Shown: positions 11,632 through 24,735 of the stretch, in pieces
Layout of the letters: each line of letters starts with the position of its first letter
Position numbering within the stretch: the stretch's first letter is position 1
NCBI GenBank assembly: GCA_001600815.1
Contig: BCKZ01000007.1
Span: forward strand, 186,001 to 250,000
DNA from: Alloascoidea hylecoeti
Taxonomy: Eukaryota
Length of the DNA stretch: 64,000 nt
Reading direction: 5' to 3'
Notes under the pieces: generated by a model
The model's database searches: none
Told to the model about the DNA's origin: nothing
Seen by the model: only the letters and a program-made list of their open reading frames with translations
Made by a program: the position numbers and the translations under genes

Positions 11632-13339
11632 GAGATGCCCTTTGCTTGAGGTTATTGGTTTCCTACTCATCTATATACTATGTTACTAAGGTGCTTTAAG
11701 TCCATATATGGGATCAATTATTGCTAAATATTGATAAGCATGTCTAGATTTAAAAAATACAGATATTTGAATAAGAGGTAGAACTTTCTCATTACCATAT
11801 TGGAGTAATTTCCTCAGTTAATCAGTTTGTAGTAAGAAGTTTTAATTGCAATTGAAAAGTTTATGAAAGTTTTAAAAAGGAATGGATATATTATTACAAA
11901 GTTCTAACACAAACTGCACTTATAAATTTATGTACTCGGATATGATTGATAATTTCAATATTTATTATTTAGTATTATTTTCAGTAAAATTTAAGAAATT
12001 TTGTGATTATTCATGAATAAAAAAAAATTTAAAAGGATTACCGCCGCCATTAGCAGAAAGGCCTTTACAATATTTCAATTCTATTAATATAACCATGAAT
12101 TTTCCCATATTAAGATGATGTTCAATTATGAGAACGATCAAACGACCACAGGTATAACATCTATAGATCCTAAGATCTTCAAATTAAATGTAGGGACTAC
12201 TTGCACAATACACATTATATGTAGGGGTATTTTTTCCCGTGTTAAGCTTCAAAGTTAAAATAGCTGATTATGATGACTATTTTTGGTTAATTGATTACCA
12301 TCGTATAGAGATCTCCCTGGGCCTGGGGATTGTACTTTTCATAGCCAGTACTATTGGAGACTCTTGTAACTAAAATTTTCAAGTAAATTCAATTATTACA
12401 CTGTATGTTATGTTAACATTCTGTAAAAAGGAATTCTTTACAGTTCGAACAATGAATTCGATGTAGGAAAAACAGCTCAAAAAAAATTTATTGATTTATA
12501 TTTACTTGGGTGGGTAACATTTAAGTTAGGGGCGCGCTCGAAGTTAAAATCTGGTCCCTTTTTTAATCTTATGCATAATTATAACATGTTGTAGTTTTAT
12601 AAATGTAAGTACAAACTAGATCTAAAATATAGATAATAATAGTAAAGGCCTATAGTTATAATATTATACTAAAATATGATACCGATTACAAGAATACTTT
12701 ATTCAGATCTCTAGTTGACCTATAATACATGCCATTTTCAGCAATTCCAGTAGTACAAGCTTGTTGTGTTTATTTCACAGAAATGCACAACTGAAAGCTT
12801 AATTAATTATAAGATAGAGCTTGGTACTTATCATGTTAGCCTTTGTCCTGGAAGAAGTTTTCAATTAGGATCTTTTTATTATATATTGATACAATTGGAA
12901 ATGTCAAGTCTTCAAAATCTTCGTAATTATAACTTTGTACAATTGGAAAAATCTTTTGTTTTCATAAATTTGATAAATCTCGTAAACTTAAATTATGCAA
13001 CCAAGATCACGTGATACATATTGAGGTCATCGTGAGCGTGGTATAAATGAACACAAAGATCATTAACATTTGTTTTTAAATTTTTTCTCGGGTTAAGTTT
13101 TGCTAGACGTCTTAAGATTTCTTTTCTCAACAATATTCACATCAATATTTTATTGACTCATTACTTTCATCTGTCAAGGTTTCTGAACTACAATATTTTG
13201 GACTGGGCGACTATCTAATTAACCTTCGCGTTTAAAATATAATCTTATAAGAGAAAAAACTATTTCCACACTCCTCAAAATTAGAAAAAAACATTTTATC
13301 TTCTTCAATCTTCTAATTTTACATCTTTGAATTTACATC

Positions 13340-13627
13340 ATGTCTGGAATTCTGAGTAAAGCAAACAGCTTCTTTGCTTCACATTATCACCAAAAGGAAG
13401 ATGATGATATCTGGGATGTTGAGGCGCAGGGGAACTCAAGCCAAATCAATACTTTCAAAGCGGTTTTATCCTCAAAAGTTAACGAAATTGTAACATCAGT
13501 TTATGATGAGTTATACTATCTAACGACATGCATTCCCTCAGTACAGCCGAGGAAATTTTTAAGGCAACTCTCTTTCAAAGAAGAATTATTACCAATGCAA
13601 ATAGAAGATATCAAGGACGAGTACTAA
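13340..13627 (+). CDS. Small hypothetical protein (95 aa)
   Basis: Upstream TATA-like sequence (~13246), pyrimidine-rich leader, A at -3, protein-like composition with a WDVEAQ motif. No family recognised. Confidence 0.5.
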   Translation: MSGILSKANSFFASHYHQKEDDDIWDVEAQGNSSQINTFKAVLSSKVNEIVTSVYDELYYLTTCIPSVQPRKFLRQLSFKEELLPMQIEDIKDEY

Positions 13628-15506
13628 CTATTTGCGGACTTTTGTGATCTTCGAAATTTACTTTACCCCCTTTTTACTTTCTTTTGTTGGTTTTTACTAT
13701 TCGTTAACGATATAGCCGGAGTCCCTGGATCGCTTTAATTTGAATTAATATTGCAATTGGTTTTTAATATAATTATAATATCTGATTATGCATACATGTC
13801 GTGCGATTGATAACAAGATTTATATTTTTTTAATATTTGATTAATATATCAACAAAATATAAACAATTGCAACAATATTAATAATGTCAACTATAATTTC
13901 TAATATTTTAACCATGATATCGATGATAATATTAATGTTTGATCTTCATGCCGTTTTTTTAACCTACAGCTATTAATTAGATCATTTGATCATGTTCATG
14001 ACATTCCTACCATAGTTAGCTTACTACTATATACATTACAACTAATATTAGAGGCTAAATAATGTTTTTGTGTTTTTCACCTTATTTTTTATTCATTCAT
14101 TATAGTTATTTTTAAGATTTGATACAAATTGCTATGTTAATTAGAGAGTAGCAATAGTGGTAATTGGTTGACATTACTATTATTTTTATGATATGTGCAT
14201 GTCGACAAAATTGTGATAAATGAAGAACAGCCGCATTTCCTCCATATGTCTGAATTTTGGAACCGCCAGCACTTCTACCTTAATTACAAGCTTAAATTAC
14301 AATATGTCACGTGTGTGGGTTAAATCATTGGAACAATATATTACTGGGATGTATTAGCTGTGGAGACTAGATGAGACTTAATCAACACAAATATACCCTT
14401 TGATCTAGAAAATGTCATCTCAATGGCAATTACAATCGAAAGGTATCATGCTATCTTAATATTGCTATTCTTTGGCTCTAGATATATATAATAGGCGTTC
14501 CTTTTATATCTAATAATTCTATTGAACTCCTATCTATGTGGTTAATTACGTGTTTTGTAGGTTTAATTCAATATTCTATATTCGTTCCAATTAAAGACTG
14601 AAATATAGATTATAATTAATTGAAATTGCATCACAGATTTAAATGTCATAAATAATTAAAATCTTATTAAATGCACTAGTCAAATGCCTCCACCTAATCA
14701 CAATATTAATAGTTCATTTTCGTATTAATATTAATATTCTTTTATAATTATAACCTTGTTGATTTGAAATTTCATTCTGGATCCATTGATACCTATAATT
14801 TATATCAAGAGATCTTTCAGTCTAATAGCCCTACAACCCTATAGATCTCAAAGGTAGCAATTGAAAAATTCTTAAGATTAAGCATTGGTGTAATTTTAAA
14901 GATTCTAAGCTGAAAAGGTCCAATCGTCATTGTAGACATATTTATTCAAAATTTACTACTTATAGACATGTTTGAATAATCTATAAGTTATAATCCTTCT
15001 TTTTTCCTGGTGCCCCTGACAGCAATTGGCCATCGGTTTTAAAATTCAGCTTAAAATTAACAATGATGAGATCATGAGACTGCTGATTCAGTGCTGAATC
15101 CTCGGAGTTGTTGACACTTTTTACCTATTATATAATTATATATCCCCACGATCAAGCGTTATTGTAATTACAATATTATTGAAGTCTCCCTAATCTCAAA
15201 TCCACATTTTGTATTATAATTACCTACTAGATCAGTACATTAGGTAGCCGAATATTTATCCTTCATATAGCCGAAATTAAGTAGATATACAAGTGCTAAC
15301 ATATCAAATGTCCCAATTGCAATAATTGTTTTGATAAAAGATTTTGACAAATAATTATGTAAGTGTTTAAGAAGCTAGTCAATTACCATCTTTAACCAAT
15401 TTTAGTTAATTTTAATTAATATTTATTATTACTGTAATTGATTTGTTTCTTTTTTTAATGATATTGCAATTGGCAATAATTTGATATATATTGATATATA
15501 ATATAT

Positions 15507-15707
15507 TTCTGGTTAACGTTAGTTTCGGCAATTAGATAAAAATCTTTCGTTACTATAGAGATATATTATGGGTAAAATATTTAGGAGTCACACAAACTTG
15601 CGGCATGAGTTGCCTTTATTATTCGCCAAAATATTTCGAATATTTCACCCATAATATATCTCTATGGTAACGAAAGATTTTTATCCAATTGACGAAATTA
15701 ACCAGAA
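15507..15707. repeat. Long inverted repeat (~70-bp arms, ~57-bp spacer), MITE/foldback-like
   Basis: Left arm ttctggttaa..tttcggcaattagataaaaatctttcgttactatagagatatattatgggtaaaatatt matches the reverse complement of 15639-15707 with a few mismatches and one indel. Confidence 0.85.
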
Positions 15708-16490
15708 CCACTAGTATTATAATTAACGTAATGATGAAATTTAAATTTATATTATAAACAACTAATATTGGTTTTTTAAAGTTGTATGGTATATTAGATA
15801 CTTACTTGATTTTAAATATCAAATTTGCTAATTACTTATGTACACGGTCAGTAAATCCATACATTTTTAGCAGGGAGACCTGTAGGAATGATAGTTATCC
15901 GTTAAAGTCGATATAGCTTCAATATCACCCTCTTCTGTGATGCCATTAGAAAGAAAAAAACATTGTAATGTAGTTTTGTAGGAAATCACCAACTGAAATG
16001 TATTTAGGCCTAGGTATTGTCCAATTCTAATGAGTATAACATTCTAACCTTTAAGATAATTTCTTTGTGTGATCTAGATGTTACTACAGCTGTATTGATA
16101 TTGGATCTAGACTTTACTGAAAACAAGTTGAATCTAACAATCAGTATTTATTGGCAATTGAAACTAATTCCACGACACAAACTTCAGAATCATACATACT
16201 AGGAAGGGACTGAGTACAATGCAAACTTTCAATACTATACCATTAAGTAGGAGCAGGAACAATTCGAGCACTTGCACGAACAATAAAATTTGCTGTTGCT
16301 AGCAAGATGAAACCACTAAAGATAGTTCTTATCATTGCTCAACATTATTATTATGCCTACATAGATTTTGTTAAAAGAAAGATCTAAGATTATATAAATC
16401 AAAAAGTAAATTCATCTGGTTGTTATTAAGCTCAATTAATTAACCCATTCATAGTCAATTGTAACCATGTAACGACCATTTCAATGATTT

Positions 16491-17249
16491 CTATAATCTT
16501 CCGACAATATATTGTGCTATTCTAAAAAGGGTATCTCTTAAATGACCTTCAACACTTCTAAAAGTCCTTATCCCCAATTCCTCAAGGATCTTTTTATTTA
16601 CATTGCCATTGATGTTCTCATTAATAAATAAATGTTTATGTGTAGTTGCGTATCCGGGCCAGACCATTTTGTCGAAATAACCAGGTGGATCAACCCAATA
16701 TCCTTCAACCGTTGTATAACCCTTTCTATTTTCCCTTCTTGATTTCAATTCCTTATAATAGGCATGGAGGAATATTGAAACATCCAAAAGATTAATTATT
16801 TCTTGATCATGATAGAGCATAAAACCGTCAATAAATATAAATTTAAGGTCATCTAAATTTGAATCTGAATCGAGTTTTAGTTGAGTTATTATATTAAGTT
16901 TAATGGTGCTTTGAAATAGAAATAATCCCAATCCCGTAAACATTTCGTCTTCCTCTTTATAATTAGCTTGCAATTCACCTTCTTCGATTGATTTGAAATC
17001 TGATGGCAAACTTTTGCCTGCTTTTAATAATTCAATGCTCTGTTTGAATTTTTCGAAGTCTATAGCATCCGGGCAATCCCAATCATATTCTCCTCTCTCT
17101 TTATCAAAGGGAATTTCTGAGTCTGGTTTATAAAAATCATCCTGATGAAGTACGAAAGAATTGGGGAACAATAAGGCTAATCGCTCGGCGACGGTCGTTT
17201 TACCGGAACTTGAACATCCACCTACACCCACAACTACCACTCTTTGCAT
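16491..17249 (-). CDS. NRK1: Nicotinamide riboside kinase
   Basis: GVGGCSSSGKTT P-loop, HQDDFYK, DWDCPDAIDF, DGFMLY, RRENRKGYTTVEGYWVDPPGYF. Confidence 0.93.
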   Translation of the reverse strand: MQRVVVVGVGGCSSSGKTTVAERLALLFPNSFVLHQDDFYKPDSEIPFDKERGEYDWDCPDAIDFEKFKQSIELLKAGKSLPSDFKSIEEGELQANYKEEDEMFTGLGLFLFQSTIKLNIITQLKLDSDSNLDDLKFIFIDGFMLYHDQEIINLLDVSIFLHAYYKELKSRRENRKGYTTVEGYWVDPPGYFDKMVWPGYATTHKHLFINENINGNVNKKILEELGIRTFRSVEGHLRDTLFRIAQYIVGRL

Positions 17250-20200
17250 GATACAACTGTTAACTATAAAACTTATAAACGATACCCACAGATTCCACTT
17301 ATTAGTAAATTGGATGATGGATATGATTGTTGATGGGTTGACAGTTAGATATAGATTACGTATGCAGCTCCAAAATATTAACTTCTTTACATCACTTATT
17401 TACTCATAATCATCAAATTAGAATTGGGTTTTTAATAGTCATGCTAATCTTTCAAGTTGTTAACGTTTGATTTAATCTTTACAAATACATTTTGTCCCAT
17501 CTCACCAAACATCCTCATAAAATTTAATAGATTGACACAAACAAAAGATTTTTCAGCGATCCTGAGTAAACACACAAAAGGTTTGTGGATCCGGATGGTA
17601 CTTTAATGCTGAAACAAATGCACATAATCTCGAGCTTTAGACCATAGCTAGTAAAACTTATATGTTTGATATATATCAATATTAAAGATGATATACAATT
17701 TTACTCTTTGGTGTACTAACTGATTGATTAATATTATACTTTACGGGGACTTTCCGATAAGCTGAAGCCTGGAATATAATAGTCAGACTATTTCGATTTC
17801 ATTTGTAACTAAGATCTCGTTTAGAAAGCTAAGCCAATCCTCAAGTGAGATATACATTAACAGTTAAAATAACAATTGCAATATTTAATACCTGTATCTG
17901 CGGAATATTATGATCAACCAGTACCGCTACCAAATCTGTTCTAATAATAGCCTTTTATATTGTCAATCTGTCATAATTATATTTGATAAATAATATTGTG
18001 GCTCATACAGCCTTGAACTTGACAAGTTAGAGTATGGAACATTGCTTATGTATGTTTGATAATTATCGGGTGTAAATCCTTAGGCATGGAAAAGTTGTTC
18101 GTGCTAAAATATCAAAATACCGTTATGATGATTTGTTGTCAATAAGCCTCTACAAAATATAATTATTAATGGGAACGTTATAATTATTGCTGAATACATC
18201 TATCCAGAGCAACTATCAGGATTCTGTTGTATTTAAGAATACTGTCATGAATCTGACAGGTTGTTTGAAATTGGTCTATTTAAATCAATTTGACACTTTT
18301 GACAGAAGTCATTATAAATCAAAATATCCCCCAAGACCACTCTTGCATACACATTTTCAAACAATCAAATCATGATCAGATTTAAGCTTTCGGTATTTAA
18401 TAATATGTAAAACTGAAGCAAACACAGACACTCTCTCAAAATTGGAATCTTACTTGTTATTGCAATAATATTAGTCAAACATTATCACTATAAAATGTCG
18501 TACTGACCAATAGAAATAGAAGCATCGAATATTGCAGATGAAACAAATTTGGTTACACTATTAAGAATTTACGGGGTGCTCATAATTAAGCTTAAATGAT
18601 TCTTAACCAAGACTTCCTGAAGGAAAGTCTAATTATCATGTTTTGATTTAGTCACGGGGGATGTGCAGAAAGAAACTTCGAATATATTTAATTCGCTTAC
18701 AACACACAAATCATCGTTAATATTAATATGCAAGAGTTTTCACAATTTGTGATTGCATTGTAACTCATGGCCTAGTAATAGGTATATAAGCTTATAAGAG
18801 AAGAATATTATAAAATTGTGGAGGTTATGTGTCCATTTCTAGCAAGTTTAACAATTGCAAGAATCAACTAGCTCATGCCATATCTATAACTTATATACAA
18901 CTATCGCAACCATTTAGATATTGATGGCCATTAATCGGCTTGGATTATATTAATTAGCACTTGTTAAATCAGATACGCTTACATCAAGGGATATTTTTCT
19001 CTTACTAATAGTACTATAGCTATAGTTAGATAGCCTTGATCTCTTCATGATAACTACTCTACCCATCAATAATGAACATTCCAATCATAGATGACGCTAT
19101 CACTTATAAAATTAATAATTGTTGAGAAAGACACCACCTCTTTTAAGTCACCTCATTTTATCGTACTGTCACATTCAGTTATACTATGGTGTATTAGCCG
19201 CCAATGGCCGCCATGAAGCTATAATATTTTTAACTTTTGATCCATTCAATGACCAATCACAAATAATTCAATATTTAATAGTTCTTTTTATCATAAGAGT
19301 AATTATAAAGATTTGTTAATTCCTTTAGCTCCGATCGTTGATATTTACAACACGTTTATTTTTCTAGAAAATGCCATGTGAAGAAGAGCTCCGTGATATT
19401 TTTATACTTCATAGACATTATGCATTCATAATATAATAATTGATGAAATCAGTACATGGAGGCCAGTTTGTTTTAAAATGAAATTCTTCTATTTTACATC
19501 AAAATTTAAAACACCTCGTATACACCACACATCCTTCAAATTTGTGCAATTGATCATATGAATAATATGGGAAATCGATATTACTGTCAATCTGTTGTGC
19601 CTTCCGAATTCATGTGAATAGCGGCTTCTCCAAAGTCAAAATTATCCATTATTTTGCTAATTCGCAATTGGCTCAATAGATATATATCAAAGTTTTGAAG
19701 AAGCTTACTTATTATAAAAAGTACATTTCAAGATCAAGATTTCTTGGACGAATGATAAAACGGATCCGGATTAAATGTTAACGTTCATGACACCGGATTG
19801 ATTTATTTTGGAGGGAATAAAATATAAATGCAGATGCCGGCGCTTAATATCCTTACTTTAGTATTGGTTACAACCCATTTTTCTATCTTCCATCCATCAG
19901 CTATATTATAGTTATTAAACGGGTATAATATGATATTTTGATTGTCTCCTCTTGGTATGCTATATTATATCCAGTTACAAAAGTGAAAACATGTTTGAGT
20001 TTTAAGTTTTAACCCTCAATTTCTTGAATCAAATCATCAATATAACTCCTAAAATATTATAGATTGTCATTATGCAGTAATAGAAAGAATGCAAGTAATA
20101 TTTTTTTTCCTGGTTATTAATATAGCCTAAATATAATTAATTCTGATCAACAATAGAAGGGCGTATGATGATTTCGAACAGATTAATAAGCTTAAGACAA

Positions 20201-20552
20201 TTTCTGAATAATAAGTTATAATTAAAACATATAAGATGCATATGTTAGTTATCTATATCATACGAGCAACATGATGAAGTTTACCTTTCTTAGAATGTAA
20301 TCGAGCAAATATAATACAATCTCACATTTTGTTTTATATATTACAAAAAAATTTAAACAAAATAGTTTATAATAATTGGGTTCTGTCGTCCTTGAAATTT
20401 TTTCCCTTTTGGAGATTGGTTCGCCTTATATCTTTTCTGCATTCTGAAAATCATAAACACAACAATAAAAAATTGATACGCGTTCGTTCCCAATTAACTA
20501 AAGACAATAGAAATATATGCTATTCTTTTATATTTGCTACTAAATTTTCTAA

Positions 20553-23307
20553 ATGGGGCCTGGAAATCAACTAAAAAAGAAAGCATCGAAAATGCTTTGT
20601 ACCCCTATGCCTTCAATATCTTTAATTGAACCAGATGGCGATGAAAACTTGGTTAGTAGTAGTAATAGACCCAATGCAAATTTAAGAAGATCTAACTCAG
20701 TGAATTCAACCAAATCACTCACACCTTCACATAATTCAATTAAAGGATTTTCAGTTAGAATTGAACCAAGTCGACAAAATCTCACTTCAAATAATAAAAT
20801 ATCAAAACCAACTGTTGAGTTAAAGAAGAAGAAATCCTTTTTCCAATCATTAACTTCGAAGTTTAAGCGAACTAATACCGTATCATTTTCACCAGCATCC
20901 ACTACATTTTCTTCACCAGTGTCAACAACTAGTTCTTTCGGCTCTCATGCTTCCATTGTTCGTGATATTACTGATCAAAGGAATTCATCAACCATAGCTA
21001 TAGAACGTACAAAACCATTAAGCACGAAACAAAAAGATTCTTCAGAATATGTTGATGAACTGTCTCCAAGAGCTCTCAGGAATGCTATAACGAGAGGGGA
21101 ATTCGGTGCATACAACGACATTTTTACTATTCAACCAAATAATAGTACTTCAAAATTAATTATTAATAAAACCAAAAAATCCTCAACAAAAAGAAAAGTT
21201 CCTCCTAATCTATATTTAAACGCTTCGCCATTCCCCAGGGTCTCCAAATCTGCAACTAATTTATTAGAGGATAATCTGCGGGTAGATTTCATATCACCTT
21301 CCTCAAGTACTTTTAGCATCGGAACACCTAAATCAGCACGCCGTTCTTCTGCTCTGAATTCTCCTCTATGCACTAAACCCCAGGATAATGGAACACCTGA
21401 TATAAAAAGGCATAAAAGTGAACCAAGATTGAACTTTGCTGCCATGTATTCAAAGGAAGATAGTAATTACTATGAGACTCCACCTAGTAAAAGAAGTATT
21501 GAATTAGAATTATCAACCGGTAACAAGACGGCCATTTCAAAAAGTTCAGAAGCCACAAAGACAACAACCATTAATTACATACGCCCTAAAGTAATAACCA
21601 ATTTTTCGCCTTTATCAGCTTTTGCAAACATTGAAATTGGTGATGGAACTATGATCCAAAATTCTCAAAGTGCTGAAACTGATTTAATCAGTAAAGTGGA
21701 ATTTGAGTTTGAGTCATTGGAAACACCAAAAGATACATATCGAAACTATTTTAACTATTCAGAAAAATCATTGCAAACCCCACCTAATTTATTAATTTTA
21801 ACGGAAAATGAAGTTAATTTAAGAGAAAATGTAAAAAGAAAAAATCCCGCTAATCTTTCTATTATTATAGATGACTGTGAAAGTGATAATGAAGGCGAAG
21901 GATCTAAAAATTCTTTCATACAGAATCCAATGAGAAATAGCTTATCCCGGCCTAACTCAACTATTATGACATGTACACCTTCATCTACTGTTAACAGTCT
22001 AATGAGCAGAGGGCAATCAACAATTTATTCTTCTACTACAAATGTTACAACACCTGCTAGTTCTAGTAATTATAAGTCACCCAAGCTTAACGCTGATGGA
22101 CCTCTCTTAAATAATATAGTAAAACGGGACATGAAATCTTCTTTATCCGAGAGAGTAGACCTGGAACTTCCTAAACCCGTGTTTCCATCATCAACAAGAT
22201 CCAGTCCAAAATATAGTCCTGGATCTACAAAATCACATGGTTCAAATTCTTCTCTTAGTATTGATGTTAGTTTAGCTAACGACAAAGCAGTAAAACAACC
22301 AACAATACGAACAGCTAAATCCATGATTTTTATACATGACAGTAAGAAACGATTATCTTCGATGAGGTCTATTCCTAATTTGAATCAAGATGCTTTAGAC
22401 ACTAGTAAAGTTACTCGAAGGTACTTTGATAGACCAATTATTGAATCATATTATAGAAAGTCCGTATACCCAAAATCAATTATTGATGATGCTCCTGAAC
22501 AACAGTCTGAAAAGTCACTCTCTTCGGGTCATAAATTTATGAAAGCATTTCACAATCATTTAAGAAGACACCAATCCAGAGCCCCTCAGATTCATATACC
22601 ACTCGTTGGTGGTGATTTAACAACACGTGCAATATTCGAACATAAAACTGTCCCATGGGTTGTAACCAAGTGTCTTGAAGAAATTGAAAGAAGAGGAATT
22701 TATGAAGAAGGTATTTATAGGAAATCAGGTGCAAAATTAGAGATTCAAAAAATTTTAGTAAGGTTTGACCATGAGGTTATAAGTCTTGAAAAGAGGTATC
22801 GTGGACGTGATAAAGTTGATAAGATAAAACAACTAGAACATATGTTACAAGGATGTGATATCCACAGTATTACTGGTGCCATTAAAGAATATATGAGAAA
22901 GCTTCCAGATCCTCTTATAAGTACTGATCATTACAAAGAATTCATTGCGATTGGAAGTAAGTAATTTTTTTAAGATTTTTTGATTTCACAGCAAGATTCT
23001 AACATTTTTATTTTCAATAGAGGAATCGGATAGAGATATTCAATTAGCAATGCTTCACCAATTCGTACACTCACTTCCTACATCACACTATTATACACTA
23101 CAATTATTGATTTATCATTTATCGAAGGTGAATAAACAGGCAAGTGCTAATAGAATGACATCTAGAACATTATCAATAATCTTAGCCCCTACTTTAGCAT
23201 GGCCGAAACATCGCGAAAATAACATCGGTACTCCAATGTTAGATCTTCCTGCTAAAAGCAGCGCAATACAATTGATGATAGACCACTGTCACCAAATATT
23301 TAATTAA
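20553..23307 (+). CDS. Rho GTPase-activating protein, 2 exons (20553-22956, 23021-23307), ~896 aa
   Basis: VPWVVTKCLEEIERRGIYEEGIYRKSG...KEYMRKLPDPL. Intron 22957-23020 (GTAAGT, branch TTCTAAC, TAG) joins in frame to NRMTSRTLSIILAPTL. Confidence 0.9.
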
Positions 23308-24078
23308 GGAAGTAAAGATTTCTTTTTGAAATTAAGACGATTATAATAATTTTATTTTAAAGATTACTGGTTAATCGACAATTAATGCTTAAAATATTTA
23401 TATTCTCTGATGAGTTTAAATTACAACGTTGAAATGTATGGCATGGGTGAATTTGTATTATTATGTTATAATTAGAAAACTACTTGCATATATCGATGCA
23501 TAATTGTTTCTGTTCAAATTTTATCTTTAAGTTTTGCCTTTGAATTGCAATATTAATTAAATATTGGTTCATAGAAACTCATATATATTTAATGTTCTGT
23601 GATCTATCAAGAAGTTGCAATCTTCATCAATAATTTATATACTAATATGCTTATAGTTTAAACTTACATAATTAATAGAACTTAGAGAATTTTATATGTT
23701 AAAAGCATTTATAGTTCCTCATGGTCGAATATTTAATCTTTCTTCATTAGACATATAATTAGATGAAATATTCTTGATCTTCAATTTTTATAACTTTCTA
23801 TAAATCTGGAACATATACATGGCGATATATGATATCATGAACATCTTATGGGAGTTAACTATAACATTCAAAACAGGTCTAGCTGGCGAATGATTTTGGG
23901 AATTGATTGAAATATAGTGGACCAATCCCTTGAACTGCCGTGTTATAAAAATTATATGTTCTTAAGTTATTAGATATAGAAGATTCATTTTGGAGTTAGC
24001 TATAAGTAAAACTTAATGGTTTGTAAGATAATTAATTCATCATTCACTAAAAGTTGGATTTGGTGTGTGAATTTAATA

Positions 24079-24358
24079 CAGCCACTTAATTTCGACCAGT
24101 TGATAGACGGGGCTGAAATATTTAGCTCATCAACCGGCCGATATTTACTCATCATAATGGACGAATATTAGTGCATTAGGTGGCTCATTATTTAGTCTAA
24201 AAAAAAATGGGCGAATATTTTCTCCATCGAGTGGCCTAATGCTTAGCACATACGACGACGGCTGATAGTTATTTATCGGAATGGCCGAACATCAGCGCAT
24301 AAAACAGTTGAATATTTAGTCTTCCAAAGGGCCGAAATTAAGTGAAATGTCTACCTGG
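24079..24358. mobile_element. Non-autonomous TIR element (MITE-like) with internal ~23-bp degenerate array
   Basis: CACTTAATTTCGACC (24083-24097) and GGCCGAAATTAAGTG (24330-24344) are inverted 14/15 matches. About nine internal units resemble GGCCGAATATTTAG. TA-CAG at the left end. Confidence 0.7.
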
Positions 24359-24735
24359 TAAAACTGAGCTAGCATAGTAAGCCAAAAATGGAGCTAACTC
24401 CTACTCTGTTGGAATGAAATCATTAATTATACTAATTATAAACTCCATAAATAACTGATCTGAAGCTAGTTAATTATAAGCTCTACGTTACGATCGCTCT
24501 ATAAGTGTTACAATATTTATACAATTGATTATCTTTAAAAGCAAATAAAATCCAATTGTATTTGATCGATCTTATTTAACAATATTGGATATCTTCATTA
24601 ATGTACAAATTAAAGTAGTCAAAATTAAATGTTAATATATATACACAATATTGTAATAGCATGATAGACATAATGGCAAATATCCTCAAAGAGCACACAA
24701 ATTCCTTATATTCATTTTTAAGAATACCACGATCA

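Noticed and set aside
13622..13628. TACTAAC overlapping the stop codon of the 95-aa ORF
   Set aside because: No nearby 3' AG or matching donor; probably coincidental.
17744..17755. GAAAGTCCCCG on the minus strand, like the RNase MRP CR-I motif
   Set aside because: No complementary CR-V (GGGGCTYA) was found at a suitable distance.
17728..17990. NIILYGDF as a LINE endonuclease motif
   Set aside because: Single weak motif with no convincing ordered partners.
19194..19203. URS1-like TAGCCGCC
   Set aside because: It lies more than 1.3 kb from either flanking start codon, and one 8-mer can occur by chance.
24100..24330. Repeat-spacer pattern as a mini-CRISPR array
   Set aside because: Units are short and degenerate, spacers are about 10 nt, the array is bounded by TIRs, the context is eukaryotic and there are no cas genes.
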